Shown here piece after piece: positions 11,896 to 25,366 of a DNA stretch of 64,000 bases. How positions within the stretch are numbered: the stretch's first letter is position 1; each line of letters starts with the position of its first letter. The notes beneath the pieces were generated by a model that made no database searches, had not been told where the DNA came from, and saw only the letters and a program-made list of their open reading frames with translations. The position numbers were made by a program, and so were the translations under genes. The DNA comes from Antedon mediterranea (taxonomy: Eukaryota > Animalia > Echinodermata). Location: positions 29,438,388-29,502,387 of the forward strand of contig NC_092670.1 of assembly GCF_964355755.1 (NCBI RefSeq), written 5' to 3'.

Positions 11896-13503
11896 TTATG
11901 TACAGTAAATATACTGTATCAATTGGCCGTATTTTTTTTCTGTTATTTTATAGTAAAAAAAGGAAATCATATACATCACATTGAATAAGTATAAGTACAA
12001 CTATTGCATATATCAAGGTTTTAGGGAATAAGTAATTCGGTCTTTACTTACCCTATTTAGAATACGGTAATGGAGTATTGTAGCAGTCAAACGATGTCCA
12101 AAGCTGGAAGTATCCTAGGCTCGAAGTAAATGAACTATACGGAGTGTAGAAACTACATATCCACACGAAGCGCGTACGTACGTGCGCAGTGTAAGGTTAA
12201 TAGGCTAGGCTAGTTCAGGACAATAATATATACAACGGTACAATAATTGAAAGACGATAACATACAGTAACACGTAGTAAAATATGTAAAGTTAAAACGC
12301 TAAATATCAAAATGTAATAGTGCTAATAATTAGGACAACTAATTATTATTGTAAAACTTGTATTAAAACTCGCAATGGTTTGCTCATAAAAATGTCGATG
12401 TCTTCTCGGTGAAAACTTGACGCAGAGAGAGAGATCGCTCGTTGCGCGTTCGCTATATATTTACAACAGCAATTTGCATAACTTTACGCGTTGAGCGCAC
12501 ACACGCAAATATGTGTGTGAAGTTCCTACAAGGTTAACTCTGTCAATATTTTCTAAGTACTGGTCTCATGAGGGCCCATATTTGTTAAGATAAAGCAGCA
12601 GTCAATGATAAGGTTGTTTCAAATTAGGTTTCACAATTTAAAATCAATAATCAATTTGATTAATTATTTGATTTTGACATGACATTAAATACAGTAAATA
12701 GTTTGTTACTGTATAAAAAAATTGTCAATTTAATGTTATTCATTTTTCGATGCAGTTACTTTGAAATTAATATGTCCTATTTTAGTAAACTGACATATAA
12801 CAATGTAGAATTTAATTCTTTCACATACTCTATGGGCAGATCCTAGAGGAAGAAACATCCCCCTACAGTTTTAGGTGTGTGAGGAATACTTTGCTATTTG
12901 ACAAACCCCTAAAATGCAACAACTTAATAGGAACCTGTCTTATACTTTTGTTATACTTCCCTCCCTCAATATTAAAAATGAATTCTAAAATTCTAAACCT
13001 CATGAACTTGTCAACAAGCAAACAAAACTACAAAATTATAAATTAAAAATATTTTTAATTGTTATTTGCATCTGTTAAATTATATTTTTAAGGCTTGAAA
13101 CATTTTATAGGAAAAAGACAATGGCGCATTGAGATTCAACAAAAATCTGTTTTATTTTGGTATCATTTTTAATTTACGTTAAGTACCTATCTCAAGAGAG
13201 TCCAGATTGCAATACATAAAGGAAAATGAAATTCACATAAAATAGGAAATTTGATTAGCAAATCTGATTGTATCTCTGACTGATTGTTACACAACCTACA
13301 TGGTACCATTGTTAATGTATTAATGTTGTATGACATCAAATTGTATGGCATAAAAGTGAAATAAGACCAATTTACTAGAATTTAAGTGGAAAACAGTTGC
13401 ATATCAGGTCACTCAATTTAAAATCATCACCTGTTCACACAGTACCTCTAATACTGAATTAACTAGGACTTGAATGGCTTTATTTGTGCTCGATGTCATA
13501 CAG

Positions 13504-15790
13504 AACTAGAAAGACACTCCGAGAGTGCATACCTCCGCCTACTGTAAGATTTCTTCGGTAAAAAAGAAATATATATATATATTTGTGTGTGTCTTAATGC
13601 TGTTTGTGATTTAGGCTAATTTCACTACAAGCATGTGTATGCAAGTTTGGCGCAAAATGGTTATGTAACAAGCCTTTCAATTAACAATAGCTTCAGTTGA
13701 CTAACAATAGAACAGCAACGCGAAAATCAAACGAGTGAATTTGAAAAGAAATAGGTTTTTTAAACTACTCGTATCAAAAAAACGTGCACATTAAATCAAA
13801 TTATGTTTTAAATTTACAAATCACAAATTATACCTCTTGCCTCTTGTACAAAAATGAGGTTTTTTGGACAAGTAGTTCTCGAGAAAATGCAATTTTAGTT
13901 TATTTGTTACTTTAAAGGCCAGGTGCGGGCAAAACATTTCTATTGATCATACATTCCAATAATTATCGATCTATAGTTTCCCATATGTTTCATAATTTTT
14001 GGCATTTAATTTGTGTTACACAAGCTTGTTGAAAATAAGCACTTTCTTATCAGTGGGGGGATAGTTCAAATTACACAGTAAAATCTCTATTCTTTTGTAC
14101 ACAAATTTTGTAAATAGAGAGGAATTTTAAAAAGCTATGAAAAATAAACAGTGTGGTAAAAAATGTTGTCAGATGACTAAATATAGGTAATATAACTTGA
14201 ATATTACATTTCTGGTATTTTTATTCAACTTCAGATTTTTATTTTCATGCTATAGCAAAAATTATCCACTGTATATCCACCATCTTTTTTCACCTTCTAG
14301 GGAGTCACCAGACATGTTATTACATTAGGTTTACTACCTAACTACTGAAAAAAAGTCTTCCTGGTTTTTATGGAAGAATTTTGCAAAATTTTGTATTTGA
14401 CCATATTAAGGAAAATTCATGTTTTTTCGTCTTGATTTCTGTTACAAATATTTGATTTATGTACAATTAACCAAATATTATATTTAAAATTCATGCCTGT
14501 ACCTGAGCTTTAAGACTGCTCGCCGGCTTTTGGAAAATTCTGTCCTATCTTTTAACACTATCAGGTCTGAACAGTATACCGAAAAAGTGGTGCAGAATTG
14601 GGACCATGGTCCCAAATGGTCCCAAAATTTAATGGAATGGCCCTTGACCACATATCTATCCGTATATTCATTTTGGTAAAGATCTTGTAATTACTTTTTG
14701 ATTATTCCTGCTAACAAACAAACAAACAAATGAAAGCACTCAGAAACTGAGTGAAGTACTTGGCAAAATATATCCACTGACTGGGAGCATGTTGAAAGAT
14801 ACAATTTTTGCTTTAGGTATTAGCTTTACATGGTTAAAATACTACTAAGGTTAATAATTTGTTTAAATAATTTTTAACACAAACAATTCCGGCATTGCAA
14901 CAATGACCAATTCTAAAATCAAGATTGACCAGAATAATGGTCGAGGAGTGTCTTGAAGCTGTGCCGATTTGCTACGCCTCTGCCTTAACCCATGTAGTAA
15001 GCTTAACCGCGTGACCAGTCGACTAATATTTTGGTCCATATCAAAGAATGTGTCCATGTTAAAAAAAGACAGAATGCGTGCTATTTAATATATCGTACGG
15101 AAGATAAGCTTTTGAGACATGACCAATATATCAGTTTTCCTGAAAATCAATAGGCATGTTCTGTAAGTATATACCTATGTACAGAATGAAATAAGGAAGG
15201 ACACACGCCGGTACTAACAAAATTAATTATCAACTAACAATAGTTTATTTTGAATAACAATAGAACAGCAACGCCAAAACCAAACGGGTGAATTTGAAAA
15301 GAAGTAGGTGTTTTAAAACTACTCGTATGAAAAAGCCGGTACATTAAACCAATTTTTGTTTTAAAATTACAAATCACAAATTATAACCCTTGCCTCTTGT
15401 CCAAAAATGAGGTTTTTTGGACTAGTAGTTCTCGAGAAAATGTAATTTCAGTTTACGTGTTACTTTAAGACTGCTCACCGGCTTTTGAAAATTGTCTCCT
15501 ATCTTTTAACACTAGCCGGTCTGAAAATAATATCATTTTTGTTATTTGTGAAGTTATTAATAAACCAATGTTGTTGATTTTCAATAGGCATGGTCTGAAA
15601 GTATATACCTATCTACACCCAAAAATTCAGAAGGATAACTTGAAAACTGTAGGCGCTATCGTGAAACAAACAAACATACAAACAAACACACAAACAAACA
15701 AAGTGAATACTATACTTGGCAAAATTCTTTTTGCCAAGTAACAAACAAACACACGCTACCGATTACGTATACCTCCTTGGCGGAGGTAAA
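13504..15790 (-). mobile_element. Helentron-associated non-autonomous element (HINE/DINE-like), outer copy A
   Basis: Minus-strand head TTACCTCCGCCAAGGAGGTA with (GTTT)n tract; tail GGCGGAGGTA + hairpin GCACTCTCGGAGTGT + CTAG|TT; subterminal inverted repeat tacctccgcc. Confidence 0.75.
14729..15741 (-). mobile_element. HINE-like element nested in copy A
   Basis: Head TTACTTGGCAAAAAGAATTTTGCCAAGTA + (GTTT)n; tail TTTTGCCAAGTA + hairpin CACTCAGTTTCTGAGTG; splits the host (AAAC)n tract; shares a ~215-bp core with the host (13701-13915 vs 15255-15468). Confidence 0.75.
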
Positions 15791-16164
15791 TAATATTTTA
15801 AAAATGTTAAGACCGAAATAGATGTGACATGCCAGTAATTATACCATTCACATTAAACCATAACACATTATTTACATGTGCAACGATGATCAGCCCTATA
15901 TTCTTTTACGTGTACTTGTTTTCTTAATTTTTGTAACATTATCAAATTTCCAATACAATAAATAAGTAATGAAAAAAATGAATAAATTGATTTTTAGCTA
16001 CTACTATATCTACCAAATTACTGTTGTTAATAATAAACTATATAAACTTAGAGCCTAATAATTGTCTATTTCAGTAAGGATGACGCTTTAGAGGCGATCC
16101 CTGGTATAGTACTACTTGTTTTTGTCTGTGCTTGTTCTCTGTATGGATAAATCAAATCAAACCA

Positions 16165-19100
16165 AACTAGAATTTAATTCGTCACTTTGACGAATTATAG
16201 GTGATCATTTTTATAATGTTATTGACATTAATATTTTGTTAAACATGCACGTACATTAACATACAATCGAAAAATGTTGATGTATGCCATCCTACTATAC
16301 GCTTAGTGCTGAGTTACATTATGTACAATATCTATATACAGTGTAGCATAGGTGAAATTACGGGACACACATCATGTTCCAATTATTTGGTATGATGGAA
16401 TTATTAAAAATAAACTCAAAGATGACAATTTCGAAAGATAATGAATTGAGCAAATAAATATAAGAATTGGAAGAAAATTTGGCACGTAGAAGCGCTGTAC
16501 GCGCTCTTTGAAATTTGTATAACTTTTATGAAAAAGATGAAAATACTACTTTTTAACTTCAACTGGCCATATGTTAACGTCACAACATCCAATAGGCTTG
16601 ATTTTTATATGAATTCATATCTACATTTCATCAGCTTTCATAATAAATTATAATCATCAAGGTAACCTTTAATTCTGAAGAGCTGTAAGATATTCAAATT
16701 TACGGTGAAGGTGAAATTACACGACCTATGTTAATCAAGTTTTTACGCATGATGACGTCATCAAAATAAAAGTAGTGGCAAGTCATAAGAAAGTCAATTA
16801 ATTGAGCAATCACATACTGAAAATTGAGCGAAAACCGGGCACAAAATAACAGAGGTGCGTTCTATTGAATATGAAAAAGAATGACAAAAGAGAAAAATTA
16901 CTTAATTTTACATTCAAGTGGCCATTTGATGATGTGACAACATTTTGTACGTACAATGTGTACATGTATTCATATCTACAACTCAATGGCTTCCAGAATA
17001 AGTTAAAAAAATTGGGGGTCATCGTGCATTCTGAAGAATTATTTTCATTTTAAAAATGCCTTATTTTTCACCATTTTCAACACTTTGATGCAATTAATTT
17101 GCGCATTTTGTCATTTTGAACCTGCTCGTATAGCGTTATTTTATATCGGAACTGACTCAAATTTGGTGAATGTACTAAAGATGGTGAGTAGAATGCGATT
17201 TTTTTTTTGCGCAGTAATTTTTTGAAACACGCAAATGGCCTAATTAATGCTCTAAATTGATCAAAACTTAATTTTGAGGTTTTTAAATTTTTAAAGCGCG
17301 ATTTCACGCGCATGACCCTACGTGTGCGTGCGTTTTTATTTGCTAATATTTTTACCCTTGACCTGAAGTTTACGTTTAGTGAATTACATTAATATGTGAT
17401 AATTAATTATGGAGATATGATTGATAATGTGATTTCACAAAATGGCGTATAAATTACGTCACGGATGAGTGATCACGCTGAAAAGCTTATTAGAACTAAG
17501 TTAAAGTATTTGAAAGACATTGTGAAATTTTGGTAATCATTGACATTAAACTTTTTGAGATATCCGTTACACAAAATCTGTACAGAAAGGAATAAATAAC
17601 TAGACATGAAACTCGTCACTTTGACGAGTTTGGTTATCCGCCGCGCAAGTGGTAAAACATGGACGTTTAACGACGTACCTTTTAACATTAAGGGGATAGG
17701 TTGAGGCCAAAAGGAAGTGTTCGCGTTGCCATTATGGCCTACAGGCCGGACGAGCAACTGACAAACAAACCGGAAAATGTAATAGAAATCACATATCTCC
17801 TAACAACAATGAACGGCTCTGATATGAGAAAAATATTGTTTGCCTCCCTCTATCCTGTAAAATAACTTAACCTTATTTGGCCTGCTACATTATAGAAATA
17901 GGTAGGAAATAAACGATTTGTGCTATATCATTCCATTACAGTCGGTATAAACAGTAAAATATGTTTACATATTACATACAGTGTAGAATAGGTGATATTA
18001 CGGGACCCGCTATTTATTCCTATTTTTAACATGGCGACGGTTTTAAAATGAAATACAAAGATAGCAATTTCGGAAGCAAATTATCTCAGCAACAACATAT
18101 TAACGTGTAGAAGAAATTTAAAAACATGAAATATTGATGCGCGCTCTTTTAAATGTAATGAACTATTACGCAAAAAATGAAAATACAACTTTTTTTAGTT
18201 AACTGGCCATATGATGACGTCGCAACATCCGATTGGCAACATTTTTACATTATTTCGTATCTACAATCCAATAGCTTCCAGAAAACGTTTTAATCGTGAT
18301 TATCACATTTTATTCTTACGAGCTATAACAGATTTAAATTTAATGTAAAGATGAAATTAATGCCACACGTAATTTAAATTTTTAGGCATGATGACGTCAT
18401 AAAAATTAAATTATTTTTAACTCATGCGAAAGATAGTTGATTGACCTAGACAATATCACAGTCGGGGTGAAAATGGAAAACGGATAAGTGGAGATGCGCT
18501 CTATTAAATGTGATGAGCTATGACGAAAGATACAAAAATCCTAAATTTTATATTTGCGTGGCCATACGATGACGTCACAATGTCCGGTTAGCCATATTAA
18601 TACCTGATCCGATATCTACAACTCATCAACTTCCAGAATATATCATCCGCAAAAAGTTGACCGTGTAATTTAGAAATTACGACTGTTTAAAAAAAGGCAT
18701 ATTTTTAACGAATTCTCGTATGACGTAACATTAAGTCGAAATTGTTTAAAATTTGGTAAAATTACTAGAAAAGGCTGGAAAAACATAAATCACGCGAAAA
18801 AAATATGTTTTCAATGCTACGTGCACACCGCACACGTAAAAATTTGCGCACGCGTGGGAATTTTTGACATGCTTAAAATGACATGAAACGCGTAGAAAGT
18901 TGATTAGAAATTAATTTTGCGCATTTTGAAATTTTAAATGCGCGTGCGCGCGTAACTTTGTGTAAAACACGCAATTTTTGTTTAACAGAAAGTTAGCGCA
19001 TGATATAAATTAAACTTGTGCAAAGTTTCAATTTGGTTGTCGACCTATGTTAAATACGAGAAAATCGTTAAATCGCGCGTACGTTACGTTGTGCAATTGT

Positions 19101-19352
19101 AAACATCATAAAAAGCTTCGCTTGACGACGTTACATAAATGTCAAAATGTTAACATAGTTAACAAAATGTTATGTTTGCAAGTTTTAGAGAAAAGCGTTA
19201 CACAAAAATCATACAGAAAGAAAGAAGAGAAATAAAAAGTTGATTTCGTACAATCACAAGAGGTTATCAGCAACTTCGTTGCGGATAACCAAATAACAAA
19301 GATTTCATACAATAACAATAGGTGATCATTTTATGCTAAATGATCACCTAAT
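16165..19352 (-). mobile_element. HINE-like element, outer copy B
   Basis: Head palindrome TAGGTGATCATTTAGCATAAAATGATCACCTA; tail AAATGATCACCTA + hairpin AATTCGTCAAAGTGACGAATT + CTAG|TT; internal ~355-bp degenerate tandem units. Confidence 0.75.
17598..19293 (-). mobile_element. HINE-like element nested in copy B
   Basis: Head TTGGTTATCCGCAACGAAGTTGCTGATAACC; tail GCGGATAACCAA + hairpin AACTCGTCAAAGTGACGAGTT + CTAG|TT; body homologous to host (e.g. 16337-16366 vs 17977-18006). Confidence 0.75.
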
Positions 19353-20003
19353 AAAAAAATGTTTAGTGGCATTTTTGCTGTAAAAGTCATGTGGCAGGTC
19401 TTGTTTTAGTCTTTAAATATTTATTATTAAAAAAAAAACTTTCTGTGACTCATCATCCCAAATAAAGTTTGCACAGCAATTGAATTCAGATGTGCTGACA
19501 AACAGTCTAGTTATCGCAATACAACTTTGTTTACTTCACCAAGATATTTCGCAGATGTCAATTATAAACAAATTGTGGCCTTATATTCAATAATTGTGAT
19601 AAAACTGAGTTTTATCCTTAGTTTATTGAATAATCTCCAAAGAGAGTTGATTATGTGTTCCACAGTATTTTTTTCAAATGACTGATGTGATGTGAGGTAT
19701 CTAGAGGCCTCTGTTTTGGCATTGCAGGCTACTTCAAATTGATGTATTGTAAATACAAAACAGTAAAGTACTATTATGATTTGATTTATATTTTGGCACA
19801 TGGGCAATAATCTAAAATCAGTTGCACAAACTGATACATAACAGGCATTGCAGTGTAGCATTGTAATCTTGTAATTTGTATACTTACTCTAATTCCCAAA
19901 GCCTATGGTTGAGTCTGGTCATATTCCAAACTAGATGTTTAAATTCTGCTATTCCCTATGAGTTTTATGCTTTATTTTTGTAGTTAAAAAATATAACATA
20001 ATA

Positions 20004-22415
20004 TTTTTTTTATTTTATTTTATTTTATTCAATTAAAACCAACAGCGATAAATACCGCCACTAACAGGTTTGAAACATAAAACAATACAACATCAAAAAC
20101 GGTTAACAATAAAATACAGATAAAATATATAAATATATATATAAAACATAGATTGGCATGCCATAAAAAATTTCAATTAAAACAGGTTATGCAGACTGTT
20201 CAAGAAGTGAACACATCATCGTCCTCTTAAAATAACCAAGTCTATCATTAAAAATATCGATATGATTGCTATTTAGATTATTAAATGTATAAGGTAGTCT
20301 ATGAAAAGTCCCCTCTTAGTACAGTCGACACGGCTAAAAGGAATATGCAATAAATGTCTATTTCGTGTACGACCAGGAACATTTAAACTAAATAGTGAAA
20401 TTAATGAACAGTCATATTTAGAATTTAAAATATCATATAAAAAAACCATATCAGATATCGTTCGACGATTGCTGACAGAATCAATGGAAAAGGCAAAATT
20501 AACACAGTTATAAGACAGGAATCGAACAAACTTCCGTTGAACAGTGTCGATTCGACGGGCCTGACATGGAGAAATTGAATTGAAAATTGCGGAACAATAT
20601 TCAAGGTGAGGACGTATAATAGATTTGTATAAAGATAAAAGTGCCCTGCCGTCGTTCATAAACCTACAATTTCTCCATATTAAGCCCATCATTCTATTAG
20701 CTTTTGACAACACATGATTAATATGTGAACAAAAATTTAATTTACTATCAATAAAAATACCTAAATCTTTCCATACATAAACCATCTCAAGATCATGTCC
20801 ACTCAGATTAAAATTGAAGAGCACAGGCCTTTTTTTAAGTGTTATAGATAAATATTTGCATTTATTAGCATTAAGTTTTATCCCCCACTTCTCCGTCCAT
20901 TCCACGAGACCATCCAGATCCTCCTGAAGTGAAAAAGCATCCTGTGGAGTGGTAATCACTTTAAACAATTTCAGATCGTCAGCAAATAAAAGAGACTCGG
21001 AATGATTAAATTTTAAAGGAAGATCGTTGATAAATAAATTAAACAAAAGCGGGCCCAGGATCGAGCCCTGCGGAACGCCCGATAACACAGGGAGCCAATC
21101 AGATGTCTCTCCCCCAATGACAACACGCTGTTGTCTATTAGTTAAATAGCTTTTAAACCAACTTAACAGTGAACCGGATAAACCAAATTTTGAAAGTTTA
21201 AAAATAAGCAAATCATGGGAAACGGAATCAAAAGCCTTAGAGAAATCAGTGTAAATCACATCGCACTGCTTCTTGCTGTTAATTGCATCGTATGATGTAG
21301 CAAGAAGCAGTGCGAGGTTGGTTTGACATGATCTCCCAGAGACAAAACCATGCTGCCTAGGACTTAAAGCATTAGCAACATGTGATGACAAACCATCATG
21401 CACAATGCGCTCAAAAATCTTAGACATAGTAGGCAATAACGAAATAGGACGATAGTTACAGATTAGTTTTTTGGGACCACTCTTGTGAATTGGGACAATA
21501 TTAGCGTGTTTCCAAGATGAAGGAAAAACCCCAGAATTAATAGATAGCTGAAACAATTTGCAAAGCGGATAAGAGAGTGAGGAGGAGGCACCCTTTAAGA
21601 CAACGTTACTAATCTGATCAATGCCAGTAGCTTTATTGATATCAATGTTACTAAGTGCCTTTTCCACAGAATGCTGATTCACAGACAGAGAACTTAAGTT
21701 ATCCACCGCATAGTCAGGAAGACCTGGATAGTCCCGGGGAACGTCCGGAGAAGGCTCACTGAAAAAAGAATGAAAATAAGAATTAAATGTGGTAGCTTTA
21801 TCATAATTAGACTGGAATGAAATGTTATCGTGACTCATGACAGAAGGAAGATTATTTGACTTGTATTTAGTTTTCATCCAGCTCCAGAATCTTTTACTGT
21901 TAGTGACAATTTGCTTAGCCAAAGAGTCCAAGTAATCTTTGTACTTTTTATTGCACATTTTTTTAAAAGACGCGCGAGCAAATTTGAAATTACTTTGGGC
22001 TAACCGATTATTATTTTTTTTCAGATATCTATAATACTTTTCTTTGAGTTGAAGCGCACTTCTCAACTCATTGTCAAACCACGGAGGAAGCTTTCTGCGC
22101 TTTCTAATTTTAGGCACTGTGTCATTGACGGCAGCATTTAACAAATTATAAAACATATCCAAAGCTTCATTTAAATCACCTTCAAAATCAATTAAGACAC
22201 TCCATGGAACACAGTTAAGAGTATTACATAGATTATTGACATCAAGTGCTTTAAAATTGTAAATTATACTTTTACGATTCAAATTATCATTACTACATTT
22301 AACATCAAAATTTAAACGGAAATCAATTCTCAAAGATGAGTGGTCAGATAAAAAAATATCGTTAGCAGTATAGACTTTGTCGGAAATGTTTTTACTACAA
22401 ATAACAAGATCAAGC
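20004..22415 (-). mobile_element. 5'-truncated CR1-group LINE (ORF2: end of APE endonuclease + reverse transcriptase)
   Basis: ORF 20273-22415 with SDH, PPWF, NYRPISLL, QHGF, DFSKAFD, GVPQGSILGP, FADD, KDLG, IRPHLEY motifs; (AATAA)n 3' tail at ~20004-20030; 1-nt frameshift near 20300 (other frame continues RLPYTFNNL...FKR). Confidence 0.92.
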
Positions 22416-23320
22416 ATTTTATCCATTCTTGTACAGTACGTATTGCATTGAAATATGATGATTTTCAGTTTGAATAATATCAACAACAAAAAAATGTAAA
22501 AAATAGCAAAATTCTATTTTGCCATGCAAAAAGAAGAAAGTATTTTGAATTGAAATGTTTATTTCATTTGATCTTGAAGAATACCACAGACATAATTTTT
22601 TTCTCATTTCATAAACATATTAGGGCATATAAGAAAAACAACTCAAAATCTCATTGAAAGGATAAAGTAAATAGGGTAAAGACTTCCCTTGGAGATCAAG
22701 ATGAAACTTTGTAGTTGATTAATATAGTGAACTAAAGGAATAGCTGACCTACTTACTTAGGTTATAATTTGATGCAGTCTGTTTATTCATTTTCATATTA
22801 ATGTTCATAATTAATCTACTAATTTACTACATACTACAAAGAAGTAGATCAATATTTTTCAAACTATCATAAGAAATATGTTAAAACTTAAAAGGTAGGA
22901 TGAGCCCATGAAAGACAAACAAACATTTTTAATGTTGTAGCTGATAATCCCATTCACACTATTTAGACTTAATTTTCATCTATTATCAAGATGAAATGTA
23001 GAACGATAAACAAGAATAATGATACGATCAATGTATGCTAAATACCATTGTATTGTGGCATTAAACTTGGCCAATAAGGTTGTGTGCAATGACTTGGATA
23101 CTGTCAGTGTCAAATTGAAATGTTGATTCGTTGATTTTTTTAATGAATTATACATGTTAACTTTGCTTAATCATGTTTCTCCAGCGTTCTAAATTAGGTC
23201 ATGTTGGTTATTAAGCTGATCACAATAATATTTTAGTATAAAAATATACTGTACGATTTAAACACCATTTTTAACATTCCTCTGTAAAAAAAAACATACA
23301 TAATTAATATTATTTACAGT

Positions 23321-23653
23321 CTTGAAAGAATTTCATTTAGCTTCGATTTTGTATAGATGACAAATTTCGTTTTTGTAAAAGCACAAGTTAACGGAGTACT
23401 TACTCGAACGTTTCGATCTCTATCAGAGATCCTTCTCAACTGACTGTGGAGTGTTAATGCAGCTTGGTCATTCTTGACGTCACAACCTCCAACCTACAAC
23501 CGGAGGCGTACGACGTCATCAACAGATGACGTCAAGAATGACCAAGCTGCATTAACACTCCGCAGTCAGTTGAGAAGGATCTCTGATAGAGATCGAAACG
23601 TTCGAGTAAGTACTCCGTTAACTTGTGCTTTTACAAAAACGAAATTTGTCATC
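23321..23653. mobile_element. Penelope-like element remnant: inverted pseudo-LTR pair
   Basis: 130-bp inverted arms (23353-23482 / 23527-23656, one mismatch seen), 44-bp spacer, unpaired extension on the left, 13-bp flanking direct repeat tattatttacagt (23308-23320, 23654-23666), hammerhead-like TTGAGAAG-stem-GAAACGTT motif. Confidence 0.62.
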
Positions 23654-25263
23654 TATTATTTACAGTATTCTCGCTGTCACATCCTGCTTAAATGCTAATT
23701 TTGTTTCAAACCAGGAAAATACTAAGTTGCAATCAATACATAGTTCATAATTAGAGCTAAAGTGATATTAAAAATGTTGAAATTGCTTGAGTAATAAAAC
23801 AGGAATAAAAAATTCCTGGCTAAACAATTAAAGAATACCCTGAGACTTGGACCATATTACTGTTAGTGGATTGGACAAACTCATTCATCAATTTGGCTTT
23901 ACTCTGTAATTCATTAAATACTATGCGACAAGCATTCGCTGTTTTATTTCCTCCATTTTTATGGTGCTTATCAACTTTGATATTGACAGACAGTAGAGCT
24001 TTATTTAAAAAAAAATAGCTACTCTTTAAAAATCTAGTTTATGTTGACAGTATGGTATCTTTCGGTGTAATAACACCATTGACTCTAAGGACTTATTTCA
24101 ACTACAGTGTAATTTTTATTTTGTATTAAGTAAGATACATCTGTATAAAATATGAGTCAAACTAGATATTAATACCAGGCCACTCTCACAGAAAAAGAAA
24201 AAGATACCATGGTGGGTTAAGTTAACACTTCAATTTTGATGTCCTGGGCTGCCTGGTATTAAGCCTTCTTTAATTATAGCAGCAGATAGAGGCCCTAAAA
24301 ATAATTCACAATATTCATTGTAAAGTAAAGTGTTTTTTCATAGTTCATTTTATTTGTCTTGGTGTGCTTGCCAATTCAGCCAATGCTAATAATTTCCCTT
24401 TTTGAGTGGCAAGGTGGTTGCCTTTCATTTTGACCTGATTGGTACAGGTGAATGTTCCGGTAATTAAGTTTTCTCCTCTCATCAACTTGTTTCTGTATAG
24501 ACACCAGATTAGCCTAAATGCCCTGTAATGCTGGCCATCTGCATTCGATTGATTATAACTTGGGGAGCATCGTCCAATTATAATACAGATAAGCATTCTT
24601 TTTTGGCCTACGCTGATACTAAGTGCACGGTATGAAAAGGGTAAAGCTATTTAAACATTAAATTGTAATTGTTTTTATGGTTTGACTAACTTTTAGAATT
24701 ATTAATATTGATTTATAATGCTATGCATCAAATATAGCTAATATAAATATATTAATGAAAAAATTACAAATTTGTTGAAATGTAATTTTAATAATGTTTA
24801 ACTTTGATACAAAATTGGATCTAAAAAGAGATATAAACTGTAATTTTAAGCAAAAAAGTAGTCAAATTGTCTGGCAGACAATGGTTTGATAAAGTGAAGT
24901 GATTATAAAAGTTTATTGAAACTGCAAAATAGCCTATTTAAAGATTTGTTAATCTTCTTTTTTTCATGTTTTTGGGAGAACAACATCTTTAATATTTTTA
25001 TTTTCATATACTGTACACATATTCCTTTTTTGTCTGTGTATCTTTTAATGGAAACAAATTTCTGAAAAAAAAGTTGATAAATAGTGATGTCGCCACACGA
25101 AGTTGAGAAATAGTGATGTCGCCACACGAATTTGTGCGATTATCGCAAGAAAAGGGAACAATCTCTGTTCAAACCACTGGGTTGTCAAAGTTCTCAGGTT
25201 ATGGTCAGGTTGAAACCTTACCAACCGTACTGCTGGCTACGGCCCTGATAAATTATCCATCTT

Positions 25264-25366
25264 TTTAGTCGTGTTCTATAGCTCACTATGTCAATCGGTC
25301 GGTCGGTAAACACTAACTCAAATTTGAACAGGCTACTGGGCCAGCAACGTACTGTATGGCCTTGTT
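25264..25366 (+). mobile_element. Short relic of the (GGTC)n HINE family seen at 47209
   Basis: ttagtcgtg...ctatgtcaatcggtcggtcggtaaacactaact...tatggccttgtt matches both ends of 47209-47910. Confidence 0.6.

Noticed and set aside
22416-22489. N-terminal extension of the 738-aa RT ORF
   Set aside because: Flanking intron DNA fortuitously in frame with the 5'-truncated LINE; not a real start.
25080-25130. Two-copy direct repeat aatagtgatgtcgccacacgaa
   Set aside because: Simple local duplication with no further structure.
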